Of a stretch of 32,000 bases of DNA, positions 17,617-23,183 are shown in pieces. The stretch's first letter is position 1. Each line of letters begins with the position of its first letter. The notes beneath the pieces were generated by a model that worked only from the letters and a program-made list of their open reading frames with translations, had not been told where the DNA came from and ran no database searches. Origin of the DNA: Ktedonobacterales bacterium (GTDB lineage: Bacteria; Chloroflexota; Ktedonobacteria; Ktedonobacterales; JADMIN01). The position numbers were made by a program, and so were the translations under genes. Location of the stretch: contig CP126532.1 in the NCBI GenBank assembly GCA_030167145.1, forward strand, positions 990,001 through 1,022,000, given 5' to 3'.

Positions 17617-17671
17617 GTGCGACGGGCGTCCGGCGTGCGACGGGCGTCCGCAGTGCGACGGGCGCCCCTAC
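17617..17671 (+). repeat. Tandem 18-nt repeat (about 3 units) of the GGGCGTCC element half-site
   Basis: GTGCGACGGGCGTCCGGC, GTGCGACGGGCGTCCGCA, GTGCGACGGGCGCCCCTAC. Lies immediately downstream of the TPR gene stop. Confidence 0.7.
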
Positions 17672-17681
17672 GATGTGAAGC

Positions 17682-19925
17682 CTACTTCGCCAGCGCCTTG
17701 CGGGCGTCGGAGAGGTTGCGCGCAATCGCCTTGTTGCGCTCGATCTCTTCTTTCGTCAGATTCGGTCCGCGCATCGGCAGCGCTTGCTCGTATTCGCGCA
17801 GATGCTGGCTGGCGGCCGCTCGCCCCGGCGCGTCCGCCCGGCCGGTGTAGCGCTGCGCCAGCGCCAGCGCGTTGGCTGCGTCGTTCTCGCGCGCCGCCGT
17901 ATAGATCGCGTCGGCATACGCCGAAGCGTGGCTATCGAAGAAGCTGGTGCGTGTGGCGGCGTCGCGCAGCGCATCGCCAGCGCGCTCATAGACCGTGAGC
18001 GCCTCGTGGTAGCGGCCCATCGCCGCCTCTAGCTCAGGCACATCCAGCAGCAGCCGCGCCTCGCCCTGGATCGCCTCGGCCTGCCCGAGCAGATTGTCGC
18101 TGGCGGTGAAGAGACGTTGCGCCTCGGCGAACGCGCGCCGCGCCACCTCGATCTCGCCGAGCCTGCGCCGCGCCTCACCGGTATACAGATGCGCTCCCGC
18201 CAGCGCCGCCACGTCGTCAGCGGCCTTGAAGCGCCCGACCACCTCTTGCAGCGTGATCGCCGCCTCGTCCCACAGCCCGCGCCGCAGCAGCGCCCGCCCC
18301 AACCCAGCCGTCACCAGCGCCTGCGCCTGTGCCGCCTCGCTGGCCTGCGGCAGGTGCTTGACGTGATTGAACGCCATCACCGCCGCATCCAGGTTGTCTG
18401 ACCGCAGCTCCACCTCGGCCAGCCCCAACGTGGCTTCGATCAGTGGCAGCACATCGCTCTCAACCTCAGCCAGTTGCACCGCTTCCAGCGCCTTCACCCG
18501 CGCGGCGTCAAGCTGGCCCAGCGCCAGCGCGCAGACGATTTCCAGCGCCGCGACGGTCGCGGCTGGTCCAGGCTCGCCGGTCTGCCGCTCGGCCTCGGAT
18601 GCCAGGGTGCGCGCTCGCAGCGCCAGCGCGGTTGCCTCGTCGAACTGGCCGCGCGTCAGCGCCAGCCGCGCGCGTTCCACCAGCGCCAGCGCCGCCCCCG
18701 CTGGCCGCTGATGCAGTTCCAGCCGCTGCGCGGCGCTCTCCAGCAGTTGCGCCGCCGCCTCGCCCTGCCCACGTGCGCGGGCGATCTGTCCCAGCCCCAG
18801 CATCCCCGCTGCCTCGATTGCTGGCTGCTCCACATCCGCGCCGACGGTGCGCGCCTCGGCGAAGAGATCTTCGGCCTTGCGTGGCGTGGCGTGGCGGCGG
18901 TGCGCTTCGGCAGAGCCAAGCAGCGCATAGGCATAGGGAATGCTAGCGTGGAGCGTCCGCAGCGCGCGGCTGGCGCGGTCGAAGACATTGCTGGCCTCGG
19001 TATAGTTGCCGCGCCGCAGTTGCACGGCGCCCAGCACGCGATTCGCTTCGGCCTCGCCCAGCCCACTGCCCAGCGTCTTGTACCCCGCTTCGGCCTGCAT
19101 GCCGTTGGCCAGCGCCTGATCGAGTTGCCCGCGATGCAACGCAATCTCGGCCAGCCCCAGGATGCCGTCGGTCGCGCCGTGGTCATATTCCAGCGGCGCA
19201 GAGAGCGCGATGGCGTCGCCGAACAAGGTGCCCGCTTCGTCTAGCCGCACCCGCTCAATCGCCAGCCGTCCCTGGCTGTTTAGCGTATCCACCTCGCCGA
19301 AGCGGTCGCGCGCCGCGCGGTAGAGCAGCAATGCCTGTTCGTATGCCTCCGCCGCTTCGTCGTAGCGCGCACGCCCAGCGAGCATGTCCGCCAGCCCGCG
19401 CGCGGCGTCGGCCTCGCCATAGACATCTTTGACCTGCGCGTAGAGATCGCGGGCGCGGGTATAATACTGCGCCGCCTGCTCCAGACGGCCACGCTGGCGC
19501 TCGGTGTGGCCCAGGGCCAGCGCGGCGCTGGCCTGCCCCGCCGCGTTCGCTGCCTTCTCGAAGAGCCGCAGCGCCAGGAAGTAGCGTTCCCACGCTTTGT
19601 CGAGTTGGCCGCGCTGGCGTTCGATGTGCCCAAGCTGCAAGGTGGCGCTGGCCTCGCGCGCTGGCAGATTCGCTTCCTTATAGAGCGTGATGGCGCGCTC
19701 ATAGCTGCCGCCGGCCTGGTCAACCGCGCCGTTGCGCCGCTGTACCTCGGCCAGCGCGGCGCGGCTATCGGCGGCATGCTCGGTGTCGCCCGCGCGGCGG
19801 AAGACCGCCTCGGCTGTCACCAGCGCCTCTGCGGCTTGCTCTAACCTGCCCTCGGCCAGAAATGTGGTGCCCTGGTGAAGCTGTGTAAGCGCATCGGCTA
19901 CCACCGTATCCTGTGGCTGTGTCAT
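17682..19925 (-). CDS. Large tetratricopeptide-repeat (TPR) protein
   Basis: 747 aa from ATG 19925 (MTQPQDTV), with GAGGGAAAAC upstream. It consists almost entirely of about 40-aa A/L/G/R/E-rich TPR-like repeats (e.g. AxxxLGxxxxxxGxxxxAxxxYxxAL). No enzymatic domain is recognisable. Confidence 0.75.
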   Translation of the reverse strand: MTQPQDTVVADALTQLHQGTTFLAEGRLEQAAEALVTAEAVFRRAGDTEHAADSRAALAEVQRRNGAVDQAGGSYERAITLYKEANLPAREASATLQLGHIERQRGQLDKAWERYFLALRLFEKAANAAGQASAALALGHTERQRGRLEQAAQYYTRARDLYAQVKDVYGEADAARGLADMLAGRARYDEAAEAYEQALLLYRAARDRFGEVDTLNSQGRLAIERVRLDEAGTLFGDAIALSAPLEYDHGATDGILGLAEIALHRGQLDQALANGMQAEAGYKTLGSGLGEAEANRVLGAVQLRRGNYTEASNVFDRASRALRTLHASIPYAYALLGSAEAHRRHATPRKAEDLFAEARTVGADVEQPAIEAAGMLGLGQIARARGQGEAAAQLLESAAQRLELHQRPAGAALALVERARLALTRGQFDEATALALRARTLASEAERQTGEPGPAATVAALEIVCALALGQLDAARVKALEAVQLAEVESDVLPLIEATLGLAEVELRSDNLDAAVMAFNHVKHLPQASEAAQAQALVTAGLGRALLRRGLWDEAAITLQEVVGRFKAADDVAALAGAHLYTGEARRRLGEIEVARRAFAEAQRLFTASDNLLGQAEAIQGEARLLLDVPELEAAMGRYHEALTVYERAGDALRDAATRTSFFDSHASAYADAIYTAARENDAANALALAQRYTGRADAPGRAAASQHLREYEQALPMRGPNLTKEEIERNKAIARNLSDARKALAK

Positions 19926-19966
19926 CGTGTTTTCCCTCAGCGAGCGGGCGGTTGAAACCGCGCGAC

Positions 19967-19989
19967 GGGCGTCCACCGGACGCCCCTAC
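19967..19989 (+). repeat. GGGCGTCC-ACC-GGACGCCCCTAC hairpin element
   Basis: Same element as at 17449 and 30673-30698. Confidence 0.6.
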
Positions 19990-20109
19990 AATGGCGTGCC
20001 ACCGCAAAACCCGCCTACGCGGGTTCGGGGCAGAACAGTGGCGCGGAGTCTCACTCGTCTCGCGTTGTCCGTTTGTCGCCCTCGTGTACTGTAGCCCGTG
20101 CGCGCCGGA

Positions 20110-21125
20110 TGCGTCAAAGCCAGCGGTGACAAGTGAGCCCGCCGCCTCGGCCATACATGGCCGGAGCACGGATGCGAGGGCATACATGCCAGGAATGCGC
20201 GCGGAGGGCGAAGATGGTGGTACGTCGAGGACGTAGCATGAATGCCACGGGTAATCCTGGGGCGAGAACACCGTGTGAGGTGCGGCAGTGGCCGATGTGG
20301 CCGGAGTGGTTGTATGACCAGTTGCCGATTCTGCCGATTTTGTGGCCGATGTGGCTGGTAATGTCGCCATGTGACGGGAGATGACGGGATAATTTTCGCC
20401 GTTTTCGCCGCAGTTTTGTGTTGAGTGTAGTTGCCGATTCTGCCGATTTTGGGATTGCGCGCGAAGGGAGGGTTGGGCGATAGAGGAAGCTCTCGGCATG
20501 AATGCCGAGGGTAATCCCATCTATATGAGGCAAGCGATGGGCGTGTAGGTTTGTGAGGCAGTGGAGATATTTCGCCGTTTTCGCCGCGAATCGGTGTGCG
20601 CGACAGTTGCTGAAATGACCGATTGTGAAGGTGAGGGCAGTTGCCGATTCTGCCGATTTCTCGACACTGGCAGACAAGAATGTCCGCCCCACCGAAGTTG
20701 CCGATTCTGCCGATTTTTCATTTTGTGGTTTGGCAGTGGCCGATATGGCCGGATTCCCGATAAGGGCAGACAGGAATGTCTGCCCTACCAGTGGCCGGAG
20801 TGGCCGGAGTGGCCGGAGTGGCCGATATGGCCGATGGCTCATGAACATGGGTGGATGCTCCTTGCGGTGGGGGTGGGGACCGCATGGGGGTAGTGTAGCA
20901 TGCGAGGGGGAGGCGTGGCGGGTGCAGGGGTGGTCAGATGCGGTCAGATGGGGACGCTAATGCGGGGTGGGGTGGGCAGTCTCGGCCATCAATGGCCGGA
21001 GCACGGACGCGAGGGCATACATGCCAAGGATTGTCACGGCAAGACGATTTTAGCGGGTAGGCAAACGGGGGGTAGAGCAGGGACGTAGCATGAATGCCAC
21101 GGCTAATCCCACTTGGGGGTGTTGA
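20110..21125. repeat. About 1 kb non-coding cluster of several short repeat families
   Basis: AGTTGCCGATTCTGCCGATTT occurs 4 times (20319, 20428, 20638, 20694). TTTCGCCGTTTTCGCCGC occurs twice (20393, 20567). GTGGCCGGA is tandem x3 (about 20793-20820). CTCGGCCAT-N-AATGGCCGGAGCAC palindromes lie at about 20146 and 20980. GCATGAATGCC palindromes lie at about 20237, 20497 and 21090. GCAGACA hairpins lie at 20669 and 20764. Track ORFs here merely translate repeats. Confidence 0.7.
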
Positions 21126-21357
21126 GATAGCAATTAGGGCGACGCGCGCCAGGCTCACCCACCAGGAGTGACGCACTACGCTGGCTGTGGTCCGACGCGC
21201 GCCTGTTTTTGTATGTCGCTGGCCGTGGTGGCGTCGCGAACGCCGCCACGGACCTCAGCGGGGATGGGACCGCGCTGGTTCAATTTGGGGGCCGCGCTCG
21301 TCATTGCGCCATTGCTGGAACATGTGCGAGTATGCTGGCCGGGCCACGCTGAATCAT

Positions 21358-21479
21358 CCGCCGCGAGCAAGGCCAAACGGAACCCAATGTTGTTGTTGGT
21401 GTTGTCCGGCCTGTTGTTGTTGCGGTAGGCTGCGCGCGCGTTGATGGCGTTGTTGTTCCACGAGCCGCCGCGCAGCACA
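21358..21479 (-). repeat. DGR template repeat (TR)
   Basis: 122 nt, non-coding. It is homologous to the 3' end of the 23184-25658 gene. In the target frame it reads VLRGGSWNNNAINARAAYRNNNRPDNTNNNIGFRLALLAA with 11 AAC codons. The 3' 33 nt are identical to the VR, and the 5' 21 nt differ from it at one base. Confidence 0.85.
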
Positions 21480-21528
21480 TATCTATCCGGTCTCACCCCA
21501 CAGACCGGCGCTGTCTCGCCCTGAGCGC

Positions 21529-21927
21529 TCAGGAAGAGGCCGCACCGGGAACTGCCGTTGTTGGTGTTGCGATGATGGTCGTTTTGGTGCGACAGCTGCG
21601 CCGCCATGCCTGCACCAGCCGCCCAAGCTCGGCCAAGCATTCGCTGGCATACTCGTACTGGTTGACGCTGATGAGCAACAGCCGCTCGCTGAGCCGCAGA
21701 TGGAAGCGCACCAAAGCGAGTTGCGCCGCCACCTCGTTCAGGTGCGCCAGCGCCGTGGCGGGTTCGGCGCTCTGGCCAGCGCGAATCAGCGCCTCGTGCG
21801 CGGCGAAGGTGGCGCGCTGAACGGCGGCAGCCACGACGAAACGCTGCTGACGAGGGAACTTGACCGAGAGTGGGATGAGCCAGGCGACGAACTCAAACAT
21901 CTTGACGAAGACGGGCGATTCCTGCAT
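21529..21927 (-). CDS. avd: DGR accessory variability determinant (Avd-like four-helix-bundle protein)
   Basis: About 132 aa and helical, with VFVKMFEFVAWLIPLSVKFPRQQRF...AAVQRATFAAHEALIRAG typical of Avd/four-helix-bundle proteins. It lies between the RT and the TR. Start at ATG 21927 (GGAGAGAG upstream); an alternative ATG at 21900 would overlap the RT stop as ATGTTTGA. Confidence 0.75.
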   Translation of the reverse strand: MQESPVFVKMFEFVAWLIPLSVKFPRQQRFVVAAAVQRATFAAHEALIRAGQSAEPATALAHLNEVAAQLALVRFHLRLSERLLLISVNQYEYASECLAELGRLVQAWRRSCRTKTTIIATPTTAVPGAASS

Positions 21928-23047
21928 CTGGCTCTCTCCGAGGCGCTTCCGGTTGGTCACCTGGTGCGCTGAATGTCACAGCAGTTAAGAGCGTGGAGCG
22001 CAGTCCCCAGGTATCGCCGTGGGCCACATGGGCTACCCAGCCGCGCACCCGCGATCCGGTGGTGTCAGCATTGAGCGTGCCCGCGTGGTACTGCTCGGCC
22101 ATATCACGCAGGCGACGGACGAAGGCGAGGCCGTTGCGGCGGCGCAGCAGGCGGTGGTCAGGATAGACGCGGAAGCCCAGGAAAGGGATGCCGGTGGTGA
22201 CGGGAGAGACGGTACTCTCGGCTTCGTGGAGTGCGAGGCGCAGGTGGGTGGCAAGGAAGGTGATGATAGCGGCCTTCCAGCGGTGCAGGGTTGGTTTGTC
22301 ATCGGCGAAGAGCAGGAAGTCATCCACATAGCGGAGGTAGGCGCGGCAGCGCAGTTCTTCTGTGATGAAATGGTCGAGGGGGTTGAGGTAGCAGTTGGCC
22401 CAGAATTGCGAGGTCTGATTGCCGATGGGCAGGCCACGCGGGCGCGCGGCAGCGGTTGCAGGGTCATCACCGGGATAGAGGACGAGGTTGTACTGCTCGG
22501 TGAGTTCGTGCGCGCCGCCCACCAGGATCAGGTCGCAGAGGGCCAGCACGTCGTCGTCGCGGACGACACGGGCGAGGAGGCGACGTAGGATGGTGAGGTC
22601 TATGGAGGGGAAGAACTGGACGATGTCGCAGCGCAGGACGTAGCGATAGCGGCGGGCGAAGTGGGTGCAGCGGTCAAGGGCGCTGTGGATGCCTTTGCCG
22701 GTGCGGTTGGCATAGGAATCCTTGATGAAACGGCGCTCGAAGCGCGGTGTGATGACGTTGCAGAGGGCATGGTGGACGACACGATCACGGAAGGGGGCGG
22801 CGGAGATGATGCGTTCTTTCGGTTCGCGGATGGTGTAGCGGCGGTAGGGTCCGGGGCGATAGGTGTGGTGGGCCAGCTCGTCACGCAGTCGGAGGAGCTG
22901 GCCTTCGAGATGATAGTCGAATTGGGCGACATCGGGGCGGGAGCGCTTGCCACGGGCGGCGGCGCGATAGGCGCGGAGCAGATTCTCGAAGGAGCAGAGC
23001 TGCTCGTAGAGGGTAAGATCCGCAGGTGGGAGTGCTGGCGATTCCAT
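21893..23047 (-). CDS. DGR reverse transcriptase
   Basis: 384 aa from ATG 23047, with GAGGAGG upstream. DGR-type RT motifs: IREPKERIISAAPFRDRVVHHAL, YANRTGKGIHSAL, LPIGNQTSQFWANCYLNPLDHF (the IGxxxSQ signature) and YLRYVDDFLLFADD. The 835-aa track ORF is an artefactual upstream extension. Confidence 0.9.
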   Translation of the reverse strand: MESPALPPADLTLYEQLCSFENLLRAYRAAARGKRSRPDVAQFDYHLEGQLLRLRDELAHHTYRPGPYRRYTIREPKERIISAAPFRDRVVHHALCNVITPRFERRFIKDSYANRTGKGIHSALDRCTHFARRYRYVLRCDIVQFFPSIDLTILRRLLARVVRDDDVLALCDLILVGGAHELTEQYNLVLYPGDDPATAAARPRGLPIGNQTSQFWANCYLNPLDHFITEELRCRAYLRYVDDFLLFADDKPTLHRWKAAIITFLATHLRLALHEAESTVSPVTTGIPFLGFRVYPDHRLLRRRNGLAFVRRLRDMAEQYHAGTLNADTTGSRVRGWVAHVAHGDTWGLRSTLLTAVTFSAPGDQPEAPRREPDAGIARLRQDV

Positions 23048-23073
23048 CGGGTCTGCCTCCTCACTGTGAACTC

Positions 23074-23100
23074 GCGTGAAAATCGTCAAAATTTTCACGC
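23074..23100 (-). other. Perfect 10-bp hairpin in the AT-rich target-RT spacer
   Basis: GCGTGAAAAT (23074-23083), a 7-nt loop, then ATTTTCACGC (23091-23100). It lies 84 nt past the target stop and 27 nt before the RT start. There is no U tract. Confidence 0.5.
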
Positions 23101-23183
23101 TGCGCGCGAGAGAAACACCCGCCCACATCACACAATCAATGTAATTGTTGGATGTATAGAAAATAGAAAATAGCATACTTACA

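Noticed and set aside
19765-20848. 251-aa and 244-aa minus-strand ORFs (and several ~100-aa plus-strand ORFs) in the 20-21 kb region
   Set aside because: Their translations only repeat peptide echoes of the DNA repeats (KSAESAT, NRQNRQL, RPLRPLRPL). There are no RBS or domain signals, and the region is a mosaic of short repeat families.
21176-21640. 154-aa ORF on the minus strand with an Asn-rich stretch (NNNAINARAAYRNNNRPDNTNNN)
   Set aside because: It has no start context. It spans the avd 3' end out of frame as well as the TR. The Asn run is simply the TR's AAC codons read in the target frame, so this is the DGR template, not a gene.
21893-23047. The RT as a group II intron or retron reverse transcriptase
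   Set aside because: Motif 4 reads IGNQTSQ, the DGR signature. There is no maturase/X or endonuclease domain and no recognisable intron domain V or msr/msd-type inverted repeats. An Avd gene and a TR/VR pair are present.
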